From contig CP154954.1 in assembly GCA_039621445.1 (NCBI GenBank), positions 32,264,012-32,328,011 on the forward strand: a stretch of DNA of 64,000 nt, in the 5' to 3' direction. Of this stretch, positions 49,141 through 61,379 are shown in pieces (position 1 is the stretch's first letter; each line of letters begins with the position of its first letter). The notes beneath the pieces are model-generated. The model searched no databases. It had not been told where the DNA came from and saw only the letters and a list, made by a program, of their open reading frames with translations. This DNA is from Euglena gracilis. Taxonomy: Eukaryota. The position numbers were made by a program, and so were the translations under genes.

Positions 49141-49349
49141 TCCAGATGGGGGCCACCGTCGCCCCCATCTGCTCCCTCCGGACGTCATCGTACGAAGTTC
49201 ACCACGACTCACCCTCTTCTTGTTCGTCGCCATCTTGTCCCTCCCTGCCGTTCCCCGCAGCGAGGTCATCGTACGATGTACTCCGCCTCTGCCCCAGGAC
49301 ACCTCGCCCATCGCCCTCATCATCAACCCTGCCGTTCCACACGGCCTGC

Positions 49350-49525
49350 ACATCGTACGAAGTTCACCGCCGTAGACGACCCCCTCCCCCGTCGCCCTGG
49401 CCCCGTTCCCTGCCCTTCGCGCTCGGCGGGATCCTCGTACGAAGTTCACCGCCGCAGACGACCCCCTCCCCCGTCGCCCTGGCCCCGTTCCCTGCCCTTC
49501 GCGCTCGGCGGGATCATCGTACGAT
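49350..49525. repeat. Tandem duplication of ~83 bp, with degenerate copies upstream
   Basis: cgtacgaagttcaccgccg...cttcgcgctcggcgggatc twice; catcgtacga also at ~49187 and ~49267. Confidence 0.85.
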
Positions 49526-49569
49526 GTTCGCGACCGGCCCACTCAGCCAACTCAGCCAGCTCCCGCCAT

Positions 49570-52500
49570 TTCCCACACCAGGCCCACCTTTCCTCTCCCA
49601 TTTCTATATGGCGGCAGTGCACACCCCCATCCCCCCCACAAACCGCGTTGAGACTCAGCTCTCTCCATGGTTTGCTGCATTTGTGCTGATTTATCTCACA
49701 GCCTAGCATCAGCATGCAAACGTGGTTGCCTCGGAATTTTGCCCCCCCCCCCTCCTGGACCAGTCATAATCTTTCAGTGGGCCTGGCGCCATGTTTCCAC
49801 CAGCCCCGCTGGAAGAACCCCCCCACCCAGCCCATCCCCCTCCACCCACCAAGCATGGTGCCAACTAATCACCCACCCCCCCTGCCAACCCCTGTCCGGC
49901 ACCCGGGACCCCTGTCCGACTCTGCCTCCATCCTCTACCCACCCCACTCACGCACAAATACCCCACCATTCAAGTTATCAGGAAACTCCCCCTGCATTAC
50001 CTCCATCTGGTGCTGGTTGCTGAAACCCTTCGCCTCGGCCTCTTTCCACCCCACTTTCCCTCTCCCAGCTCACGCGCAGTGCCCACCCCAGGCCTGCCTC
50101 CCTTTCTAAAGGGCACACCCCCCCATCCCCCCCACACCGCTCCGCAACTCAGCCCTCTTTCCATGTGCTGTGCATTTGTGTCCTAGCCTCACAGCACAGC
50201 ATCGTGGCATGCAAACCTGGCCTCTCACCCCCCCCTCCTCTGGCCCATCCACAGCCCCCCCCACCCCCCCCACCCCCCCCCCCCCACCCAGCTCATCCCC
50301 CTCCACCCACCAAGCATGGTGCCCACTAATCACCCCCCCCCCTGCCAACCCCTGTCCGGCACCCGGGACCCCTGTCCGACTCTGCCTGCACCCTCTACCC
50401 ACCCCACTCATGCACAAATACCCCACCATTCAAGTTATCAGGACACTCCCCCTTGCATTACCTGGTGCTGGCTGCTGAAATGAAACAGTTTCTACGCGAG
50501 ACCATTTGCACGCAACCGCTGCTTTACAACTCTGCTTAATTCTACGCATACATTTCATCCACAAATTTCTCTTGCAGCTCATTTCAGTCAAAACACACCA
50601 GTGGGGCAGCCCAAATCCTCTTTGCTGCGAACCCCCAAATTCTTGCAATAAGACCCACTGTGTTATAAACTCACATAAAACATAAAGAATAGCATCTCCC
50701 AAATTGCAGGGAAATCTCCTCCGCTCCACCCAGGTCTCCCACCTTCCCATCACGTGCGATGGCCGGTGAAAGTCATCACCCCCTCCGGCGGCACGTCAGA
50801 ACCGTGGTTCAACCAGTTTTCGGGACGGTGGAAAGCCTATCTTCTGTCCCTCGCCTGCCCAGCATCACAGGCTGCCCCGGCGCTGCCGGCAGCCGCCAAC
50901 CCACCGAGCTTCGACACCCCTGCACAGGGGCGGCTGCCGCGGGAACCCACTGGGGAGCCAGCCCCGAAACGCAGGAGGGCGGCGCCTCCCGTGCACCCAG
51001 CCCACGGGGCCACCAGCTCCGCAGGGGTCACCCCGCCCTCGGTGCCGGCAATCCGGTGCCCGCCTTCATCCTCCGTGTCGTCGTAGGACCCACCGCGAAA
51101 GAGGCAGGCCACTCTCGGGTCGTGGCTGCAACCACAGCGACCTCCCGAGGGGGCCCATGGCAGAGCTGCGCAGGGGCACCTAGCAGGGGCGGTACTGGGG
51201 CGCGGGCAACTCCCAGGTGACCCCTAGGGAGCCCAGCAGGCACCCCAGGCGCACAAGCACCGCTGGAAGAACCCCCCCACCCAGCCCATCCCCCTCCACC
51301 CACCAAGCATGGTGCCCACTAATCACCCACCCCCCCTGCCAACCCCTGTCCGGCACCCGGGACCCCTGTCCGACTCTGCCTGCACCCTCTACCCACCCCA
51401 CTCACGCACAAATACCCCACCATTCAAGTTATCAGGAAACTCCCCCTTGCATTACCTGGCTGGCTGCTGAAATGAAACAGTTTCTACGCGAGACCATTTA
51501 CACGCAACCGCTGCTTTACCACCCTGCTTAATTCTACGCATACATTTCATCCACAAATTTCTCTTGCAGCTCATTTCAGTCAAAACACACCAGTGGGGCA
51601 GCCCAAATCCTCTTTGCTGCGAACCCCCAAATTCCCGCAATAAGACCCACTGTGTTATAAACTCACATAAAACATAAAGAATAGCATCTCCCAAATTGCA
51701 GGGAAAGAAGAAAAACTAGAGAACAGCCATGGAAACATGAATTTACATCAGCACCTCCTTCATCCCCAGCCCCCTCCCACCTTTCATGACACCAGGCCCA
51801 TTTCCCTCTCCCTTACAATCATATGTGGCAGCAGTGCACGCCCCATCCTCCTCCAGACCGCGGTGAGACACAGCTCTCTCCACGGTTTGTTGCATTTGTG
51901 CTGATTTATCTCACAACCTGACGTCAGTATGCAAATGTTCTTTGTGTTGCACAATCCATCTCGTGATTTCTTTTGCTGCCTCTTGCATTTTTAACCTTGG
52001 ACCGGTCACAATGGGCCTGATACCGTGTTCCTGCCAGCCCCTGCCCCCCCCCCCTGCTCACCCATCAGCTCTCCGCCGAGAATGGTGGACGCCGACTCCC
52101 CCCCCCACCGCCGCCACCCCCCATCCCGCCTCCACCCACTACCCACCACACCCACCCCACACCCACCCCACACCCACCCCACCCTAGTCTTCAAGAATTG
52201 GGGACCTCTTCCCTCCACTTTGTCTGAATTTTTTCAAGCTGCTGAAGTGCAACCATTTATTGCAACCGCTGCTTTTACCCCTCTCTTAATTCTCATCCAC
52301 AAATTTCTCTTGCAGCTCATTTCAGTCAATACACACTGACATACCCGTGGGACAGCTCAAAAGCTCTTCGCAGCGAAACCCCAAGTTTCCGAAATAACGC
52401 CCATTGCGTTAGAAAACCGCATAAAATATAAAACAATACATTTCTAAATTTCAGGAAATAAAGAAAGACAGGGGAACGTCCGGGAGAAATCAATTTACAT

Positions 52501-54290
52501 CGGCGCTTCCTGCACCCCCAGCCCCCTCCCACCTTTCATGACACGTTGTGTTTTGTCGTGTTTTTCTTTTTTTTTTTTTTTTTCTTTTTTTTTTTTTTTT
52601 CCCATGCATTCAAATGTGGCAGCGGTGCATGCCCCATCCTCATCCAGACCGCGGTGAGACACAGCTCTCTCCATGGTTTGTTGAACTTGTGCCGATGTAT
52701 CTCATTGCCTTACATCAGCATGCAAACACATTTTGTGCGCACCAACCATTGTATGATTTTTTTTTGCTGCCTCTTGGGCTTTTAACCTTGGACCGGTCAC
52801 AATGGGCCTGTCACCATGTTTCTGCCAGCCCCTCCGCCCTCCCCCCCCCCCCAGCTCACCCACCAGCTCTCCGCCGAGAGTGGTGGACGCCAACCCCCCT
52901 GTCGGCACCCTCCGTCAGGCACCCGGAACCCTGCCCCGGCTCTGCCTCCACCCACTACCCTAATCATTAAGGATTGGGAACCTATCCTTCCCTCCGCTTT
53001 GTCTAAGCGTGGCTTAAGCCCGCTTAAGTGCAACCATTTATTTGCACCCGCCGCTTTAACCCTTTTTTAATTATCACGTGGGGTGGTCGGTGTGCAGTAC
53101 ACCATGGTTGTGGGGTTATCCAGGAGTTTGGTAGTGGGGTGGGAGAGACACCAGGGGGGGGGGGGATCGGTCGGAGCGGTGAGGGGGCTCACCGCGGAGC
53201 GATCATTGGGCCGCGAAGGGGGACTTCACGATGCCCCGCGCCCCACCCCTCCTCCTCCAGGTCGGTGGGCCATCCACAGCCCGCCCGTGCCCAGCTGACA
53301 CAGAGGGGGGGGCTACCGCCAGGACGTCAGGGTTACCTGCCACTTAGAACGAGATGCATCCATGTCCAGGGAAGGTGGACGAGGTCGGGGCTGCCGGGTC
53401 GGTGGAGACGGGGTCGGTGGAGCTGAGGCGGTCGCTGCAGGTCTGCTCGGATGGCCGTGCGACGCCGCTTCGTCGGGGCCAGGTCCTCGGCTGGTCGAGT
53501 CCGACGTCAGCCAGCTCGGAAGGGGCCGAGATGCGCAGGGTCGCCAGGTGCCGGAACACCTCAAGCCACGCAGGCGGTTCCCCGGCGGCAGGCGGCACGA
53601 GCTGCACCGGCCACCGCATGTTGTGGCACAACCCAGTGCCCAGCGCGCCAACGACGTTGCGGGGGACCATGCACTCCCGTAACACATCATCCATACCCAC
53701 CCGGTGCAGCAGGCGTCTGGTGAAGCCTAACATCAGGGCCAACTCCGACCCACCCACCGTAGAGGGAAAACGCATGCGCTTGTCCACCTCCCAGGATGAG
53801 GAGCGCCGAGCTCGACAGCCCCGGCTCCACCGGCGCCGCAAATTTCAGTCACAAATTTCTCTTGCAGCTCATCTGAGTTAGTACACACTGTAAAACCTGT
53901 GGGGCAGCCCAAATAGTCTTCGCTGCGAACCCCCAATTTCTAAATGAAACCCCACCGTGATAGAAACCCCCTTGAGTTAGTGAGATTAACATTCCCAAAT
54001 TTCATGGAAAGGAAAATTGAGCACCCAGGGGAAAACAGTTTTTCATCAGTGCCTCTTGCATTCCCAGCCTCCCTATTTTCATGACACCAGTCTCCCATCC
54101 ATTCTTACATGCACCACCATGTGCAGTTCACCCCCGTGCCCCCTCTAGACCACGGTGAGACACAGCTCTCTTCGCGGTTTGTTGAATTTGTGCCGATTTA
54201 TTTCACAGCCTGACGTCAGCATGCAAGCATATTATTTTACGTTTACCATCCAATGCAAACTTTCTTCTGCTGCCTCGCGAAATTTTAAAC
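49570..54290. repeat. About four diverged copies of a ~0.7-1 kb unit, interrupted by GC-rich retroelement-like fragments
   Basis: cacaaatttctcttgcagctcat at ~50560, 51553, 52298, 53850; gagac(a/t)cagctctct at ~49650, 51866, 52655, 54157. Confidence 0.8.
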
Positions 54291-54359
54291 CCTCCCCCAT
54301 CTTGTTCCATTTTTTACACAATCACCCTGTTGTTTCCCCTCCTCAGGATTTACAGACAA

Positions 54360-57300
54360 ACCAAATCAACCCGCGTTACCTGACCCACCGAGCTTCCGGA
54401 TAACCCCAACCACCTTGTGTATCTCACCCACCAAATTTCTTCCACCCCACAGTGTTTTAACCTCGAACTTCCGGGAACCCAAAATATTCCGCCCTGACTT
54501 GCCCACCATGATACATTTATTATGCAAAAACCCATGGTGTTTCTCCCACGAACATCCGGACACCCTCATCCCTGGTTTCAGACCCATCAAATTTCTGAAC
54601 TACGCCAATTACCCCATCCCATGTTGTTTTACCCACTAAACCACCCCATGGTGTTCAACCCACCCAACATGTGGATCCCCCCCAACGGTGTCTTACTCAC
54701 CGACTTTCGTTTCACCCCCAGCCACCCCAGTGCGTCCAACCCGCTGAATTTCCAACCAACCCAAGGTGTGCTACGCGCCGAACTTCGGAACAGCCCAACC
54801 CCCCCCTGTGCTGTTCTTCACACCGACTACCCGGACCCCCCAATGGCTCCGGTTAACCACAACCAACCGAACTTTCTGATAACCCAACCCCCACGGTGTT
54901 CTTTCTGATTCCCAAATAAACCTGATAGCCCCTTGGTGTAGAACGCTGGATTACGGATAACCCCCTCGCCCAGATGGTGTCTTATCCACCGAGTTTCCGG
55001 ACCACTCCGAATACCCCGTGGAATTCAACCCGCTGTATTTCAGGCTTGCCTCAACCAATCTGTTATTTTTCACCACCCACCGAACTTCGGTATAACCCCA
55101 GCCACTCTGTGGAGTCTAACCTATCGATATTCCGGATAATCCCGACCAATCCATGGTGTTCGACCCGCTGAAACCCCCGCTGGGACCCCCCCCCCCCGAG
55201 GCCTTCCACACATATCACTTCTGGAAATTCAATGCACCAAACTTCCGCATTACCGGAACTCCCCCCCTGGGGCGGACGACAGTTCTGTCGAAGGCCCTGT
55301 ACGGCTGCGAGCTGCGCAACCTCACGGCGAAGACGCTCACCCCCCTGGTGGCTGCCGCGAAGGTGCCATCAGCACCAAGACAGCCCTGGAGCTGGCGCTG
55401 GGCTGGCCCCTGGGCGACTCTGCGCCGGTGCACCCCATGGCCCAGGCCCGCCTGCAGCAACGGAGGTGCTGCAGCTCCTCGCCAACAGCACAGGCATCGC
55501 CGGCATCGTCCACCGTGCAGAGGCCAGTTGGGACTCAGAGTGGCGGGAACCCTCCTTGGCGCTGTGCTCGGCCCTGGACGCGGTGGGCTGGGGCATTCAC
55601 CGCAACCCCCAGTGCAGCCGCTCCTCGGCCTGGCCCTGCTTGGCGCCGGAGCCTCGGCTGGTGGGCACCGTCGTGCTGTCCCCGGTGGACACAGAGGACC
55701 CCCACCCCCTGGCTGTCTACACGGACGGCTCAGTCATCCCTGGCGGAGGGGGGGCTGCGGTGTGGCGGCCGGTGGACGGCGAGTCGATGCTCCTCCACAT
55801 CCCTGCCCCGCGGAGCAGCACCCATAGCGAGCTTCTGGCCTTGGAGATGGCGCTGGAGCTGCAGGCAGTCCGCGTCCTCACCGACCCGCTCTGCTTCTTG
55901 CAGCTCCTGTGGCGCTGGGGCACCATACCGGAGCCCTGCTGGCTGCGATCCCAGCACAGCAACAAGCGGGCTGCCGCTGGCGAGATTTCTCGGTCGGCAC
56001 GCGCGCTGGAGGACTGTCCCATGCTGGGGCCTGCCGGGGATCCTGTGGTGTTGCTGGATGCCTCAGGGGCGACCATCGTAGACGTGGTCCGCTCCTTCCC
56101 CTTGGCGTGGTGGCGACGCTGCCGGCGGCTGTGGTCGTCCAAGAGCCCTCGCCCCCGGCTGAGCATCCTGTTCCTCCTCCATCTGTCGTTTGACTGGGTC
56201 AGCGGTAGGGGCTGATGGTCCAGCACTGTGTAGGGGATGAGCGCGGCGAGGAGGGGCAGGCAGTGCGCCTCCAGCCAGGCCGGGAAGGGCAGGGGAACCT
56301 GCACCTTGGAGACCTCGGCAGCCGTCTGCCAAATCTCATGTAAGGCGGGGAGCACCAGTGCCGCATCGGTGGCAGGGCAGCCCACCAGTATATGAGTGTC
56401 ATCCTCCTCCGAAAGGCCGCAGCATAGGCAGGCGGCGGAGGTCACCCCACCGATTCCGTGTCGCGTGAGGCGTTCTCGAGTAGTGAGGCAGCCACAGCGC
56501 ACCAGAGCGACCCACTTGATCACCCGGGGGGCCACCCGGTGGGCGAAGCCGGATCTCTGGACCACAGGGCGCTGGAAGATACCCGCGCGCTTCAAGCTCG
56601 CGCTGCACGTGGCCCTGGCTGAGCGGGTGGCTGGGTTGCTTCGCCGCCGCGGTGAGCCAATGGCCACCGCCCCTGTCGCCCTGCCCCCCCCCCCGGCCGG
56701 TCCCCCCCGCCGCCCCCCCCCCCCCAGCCGTCGCCCCGAAGTGCTGCCCCTCGAGCTCCGCCTCAGTGTCCCGGAGCTCCGGAACCTGGAGCAGCAGCAG
56801 CGCCAGGCAGCACCCCCTGTTGCCCCGGCAGCTTCCCGTGCCGGAGTGCCTGCTAGGCACTTTTGGCCGAGTGCCCAGCCCCCTCCCCTCCCCCGGGGAT
56901 TGATTTTTGTGCCTTGGAGTGCCTGCCCAGGCAGGCACCCCCCCTCCAGGGTGGGGTCGGCACCCGACTGAAAAACAGCCTGGTGTTTAAAATCAGCTGC
57001 CGGACCATTCCAACCTACCCACCATCTTTCCGGACGTCACAATCACCCTGTGGTGTTTTACCCCATATATTTCCGAGTGACCCATCAATTTTCTCAGCTA
57101 CTCAGCCTGCCATGGCGTGCTACCCTTCCAACCCCCGCGTAAACCCACCTACCGAGCTTCCACATAACCCTAACCACCCCGTGCCTTCGGAGCTTCCGGA
57201 CCACCTCAAACACCCCATGACATCCTACCCACTGCATTTCCAGGCCTCCCTCAACCACCCCGTGGTGTTGCAACCAACCTCGGAAAAACCCCAACTGCCT

Positions 57301-57520
57301 GGCGCTGTCCAACCCGCCGAATTTTTACCCGCCAAACTTCCGGACAGTTTAACCCCCTCCCTGGAGTTCTACACGCCGACTGCCTGACCTCCCACCCCAG
57401 TGTCCCACCCCCAACTTCTGGAACATCCTAACAACCCCATGGCCTCCAACCCACCGAATTTGTAGATTACCGCAACCACCCCGTGTTGGTTCTGCTCTTC
57501 GAAATTCTGGATAAACACAA
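54360..57520. repeat. Highly degenerate ~40-bp satellite split by a LINE fragment
   Basis: Recurring ccaccgaacttccggataaccccaacc-like motif at 54360-55170 and 57000-57520. Confidence 0.6.
55265..56860 (+). pseudogene. Non-LTR retrotransposon 3' fragment: RT C-terminus, RNase H, inverted CCHC zinc finger
   Basis: TVLSKALYGCE; VYTDGS...ELLALEMAL...VLTD (RNase H) on +; CLCCGLSEEDDTHILVGCP on -. Confidence 0.85.
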
Positions 57521-59688
57521 TCACCCGCCGATTTCCGGCCCTTTGCCTGTCCATGAAATCGAAAAATTTTCGGCCCCCCCCTCAGTTTCGAGGTAGGAGG
57601 GGGCGATCCGACCCACCCCCTCCGTGTCGGAGCCCAGCCTCTCCATGGCGTAGGAGAGGAGTGGACCCCATATCACCCCGGGGGTACGGCGACCAGGGTG
57701 CATCCAGCACCCTGGTTTTGAGCTTTTTTTTCTGCACAAACCCCCAACCAAATCCCAAAACCCCAAATCAATCCTTAATGCCCGGGCTCCGGGGGTGCCC
57801 TCCTGAGTGGTGCTTGTGTACGCCCACGGCTGGAGGCACTGCGCAGCAATGCGGGGCACAACAAACCAAACCAAACCAAACCCACCTGCAAGGGGGGTCC
57901 GGACCGACCCTCGGGGGCAAAAATTGACCCCCCCCAAAAAGGGTCAATTTTTTCCTCTGGCGCTTCGCGCCGAAAATTTTTTGCATTTTTGGCACATTTT
58001 TGCCCAAAAAGTGCCCAAAATGGCACTTTTGGTCGTTTTGGGGGGTCAAAAATTTTCGGCCACCCTGACCGCGCACCTGTTTAGGTGGGGGGGGGTGTCC
58101 CCCCCACCCCCCCCCCCCCCTGGCCCGCAGGGGGGGGTCCGGACCACCCCCCCCCACCTGTCCTTATATCGAACCCTGGTGGGGGAGTGTGGAGTGACGA
58201 CAGGGCATTGCATGGGCTTGGTTTTTGTTGTTGGACATTATTTATGACTTGATGGTCATATGAGGAATAGTTTCAAATGTTCACTTTCTTGGGGAGCAAA
58301 GTTCGCCGTTTCACGGTCTGTTTACTCCCCCCCCCCCTGAGGAGGAAGCAACTGACTGGTTTTTTCTAAAAGGGTGCCAAACTGGTTTTTTGAAAGAGGC
58401 AAACGACTCCCCTTTCCCTCTGGGTAAATTTCGCTCTCACCTGAGATTCTCGGTGTGAACCAACTCCTGACCCATTAATTTGTTTTTTTTTACAGGCAAC
58501 TCCCATTTGGTCCAGGCTCACCAAAAGACCCCCCAAAAAATTGATTAATTTCATTGATGATTAATTTGCACTCACCCGAGTTACACCCGTTCTAATGGGT
58601 CCAGTTCCAGTTCCCCCCCCCCTACGTCTGGCCAAAACGGCTCAAAATCAAAAGATTTTGGCCGCTTCTTCTTTGGCTCCGGGGGGCCACATTCAACCAT
58701 TTCAGCCATTTCTCCCAAGGGGGTCCGAAGCCACAATCAGTCAGTCACCTGGAAAAAAAACCAGGCAGTTACCTCCCCCGGGTGGGGTCGGATACACTTT
58801 AATAGTCTTAATAGAATATAGTCCACCCCCCCAGGGTTGGATGGGAAACCCTTTGGTATTGAGGTAGGTGGTAGGGGGGGGGGTCCCGACCCCCCCCCCC
58901 TGGGGGGGGGTAAGGTGGGGGGTCCGGACCACCCCCCCCCTCCTTCACAGGTGCCAAAAATAGCAGAAAATTTTCTTCCGGCGCACAGCGCCGGAAAATG
59001 AGCAGAAACACCCCTTTTGCTGACTTTTGGCCATATTGCCGATTTTTTGATGTGTTGGTGTTTTCCCCCAAAAAATGTTCAAAAAATTTCAAAAAATGAG
59101 CATTTTTGGATCGCTTTTCAAAGAAAAATCAGGGATTTTTGACCGTTTTCGACCCGATTTCTGGCCCTTTGCCCGTCCATGAAATCGAAAAATTTTCGCC
59201 CCCCCCCCCCTCAGTTTCGAGGTAGGAGGGGGGGGGGTCCGCCCCCCCCCCCTCCGTGTCGGGAGGGGGGGTCCGCCCCCCCCCCTCAAGGCTTCCCATC
59301 CAACCCTGCCCCCCCCCGTTTCCCCCCTCCCAGAAGTTGGGGCGACCTCGGAGAACCGACAAACAATAAACCCCCCCAAAATAAGACCCGGGTCTTATTT
59401 TTGGGTCCGTTGCTGGGAGTCCTCAAGGGGGGTCTTATTTTTGGGGGGATTTTCTTTTCGGATTTTTTTCTTGACCGACCCGAACCCAAAAAAACACCAT
59501 TTTTCAGTTTCCCAAGAGCACTACAATTTTTCCTTTGGCGCTTCGCGCCATGTGTAAATTGGTGTAAATTGATATTTATCATGTTTTTTGCACTTCAAAA
59601 ATCTGAAATTTTCTGAAATTTCATCATTTTTGTGTGTGAAATTGGGGTTTTTGGTAATTTTTGAGGGAAAATATTCACTGTCCCCGGC

Positions 59689-59974
59689 CAGGCTTCTTTT
59701 TAAGACCCCCGGGGGGGGGGGTCCCCCCCCCACCCACCCAGGGTGGCGCGGGGGCCCCCCCGGGGGGGGGGGGGGGGGGGGGGGGGGCCTCCCCCCCCCA
59801 AAATCGGGCCCGTTAAAGGCAATTTTCAAAAATTTTCGGCGCTTCGCACCGAAAAGGTATACCCAGCGCCTCCGGCGCGGGACCCCCCCCCGGGGGGGGG
59901 GTCCGGCCCGGAGCCCCCCCCCCACCCCCCCTCCCCCCGGGGGGGGGGGGTCAGGTGACTTAAAAAGAAGCCTG
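59689..59974. mobile_element. 286-bp MITE with perfect 8-bp TSD, inserted in another MITE
   Basis: tccccggc|caggcttctttttaag ... cttaaaaagaagcctg|tccccggc. Confidence 0.95.
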
Positions 59975-61379
59975 TCCCCGGCGCTTCGCGCCGTCAAGGG
60001 GGGTCTTATTTTTGGATTTTTGATTGATCGGCCCGGGGGGGTATGGGAGACAGAAATTACGGGGGTGGAATCACGGGAAATAAATTATGGCCAACCTTTT
60101 ATTTAAAGAAAATATGTGAAAATTCAACATTTCAGGGAGTGGCTCCCCCAACAGGCGTAAGAATTTAGACGGCCGGGAATGCACTTTTCACTTTTTGCCT
60201 AAGTTTGCGCACCTGCGCATTCTTTTTTGACCGAGTGAGTCACTACCACCCGACGGGGCGGCCGACCCGACAAGCCGAGGTGATCGAGAACAAAGGTGTA
60301 CCACGACTTCCGGTGTCCGAGGATTTTTTTGAGGAATCCGACTTTTTTGACCTTGAGGAGACCTGTTTTTGACCTCCGCCGGCCGGGGGAAACACCTCGT
60401 CAAGCGAAGGCGGTGCGACACGAAATGCTGTTTTTCGAGGCGGCACCCTCGTCCGGTGGAGGTACGGTACCCGCCGGCTTCCCCCATTCCCCGGTGGCCT
60501 CGGTATTGCGCAGGTGCGCATTCACCCCCCTCCCCCCTCCCCAGCCTTTATTTTGATTTGGAGGCAAAGCAGGGGCCTTTGGCTGGAGACGCCCTTCCCT
60601 CCCTTGCCGGTCCATCCCTCACCTTCCCTCGCTGTCCTTTGGTCCTTGGTCCGATATAGGGGGGAGGGAGAGGGAGAGTGCCAGGGGTATAGAGAGGGAT
60701 GGGCGGTCCGACACACGGTTGGAGCGGCGTGGATATGGTTCGCCGGGGGTATAGGGTTGACGGAGGGGTGTGACAGGGTCCCATGGCCCCACAGGGGATC
60801 TCCGAGGCACGCCGTGCCCTGCACACACTGCGGCCCTCTGGCCGCACGCCTGCGCCGCCCGACGCCCCGCCGCTGCCGGCCCCGGCGCAGCGCTGGACGC
60901 GCTGGTAGGTGCACTCCCCTTGGCCTTTGTGTCTCTCCCATGGGGAGAGGGAGGGGTGTGCCCGCACCTGGTCCACCTCCCAGGGGTGAACCCCCGAGTG
61001 GCCTCGGGTGTGCCACCCTGGTCCAGTGGGCCGCCTAAGTGTACGCTTGGGGTGTGTGCTGCTGGCCGGTGTGCGTGCACTGAGCGGTAAACCAAATCCA
61101 AAAGGCATGCATGATTCAGGAGAGGGGATGAATTCGCATGTGCGCATTCTTTTGGCCCGGACGCTGTGTGCACCGTGTGTACCCACCGGCGGCTATGTCG
61201 ACTGTGCATGCGAGAGGGGTTGACAGAATGGGAGGGAATTGCCTCTGGGGAAGAGAGGGGTGTGCATGGGAAAACAATGCGCATGTGCGCAATCAATACA
61301 CTGTGAGTAGAAGAATGCGCGCATGCGCAATGTTGCATTGGGCTGGGAGTCTGAAGAGGAGTGCACCCCCCTGTGGTCT

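Larger units (their letters stand above)
43304..57880 (+). mobile_element. Retro-type insertion with (CCAAA)n tail and 13-bp TSD
   Basis: cccacctgcaagg at 43291-43303 and 57881-57893; acaaaccaaaccaaaccaaa just before the right copy. Confidence 0.75.
43187..58178. mobile_element. TIR element expanded to 15 kb by nested insertions
   Basis: gtggggga|cagggttcgatataagga ... tccttatatcgaaccctg|gtggggga: perfect 18-bp TIR and 8-bp TSD. Confidence 0.92.

Noticed and set aside
45961-49706. Three ORFs of more than 1000 aa
   Set aside because: Product of a stop-free 50-bp repeat; all frames are open and shift with C-run length
60241-60250. CACTAC as a CACTA transposon end
   Set aside because: The element motif already appears upstream (60206) and the apparent boundary is ~60042; no partner end is visible
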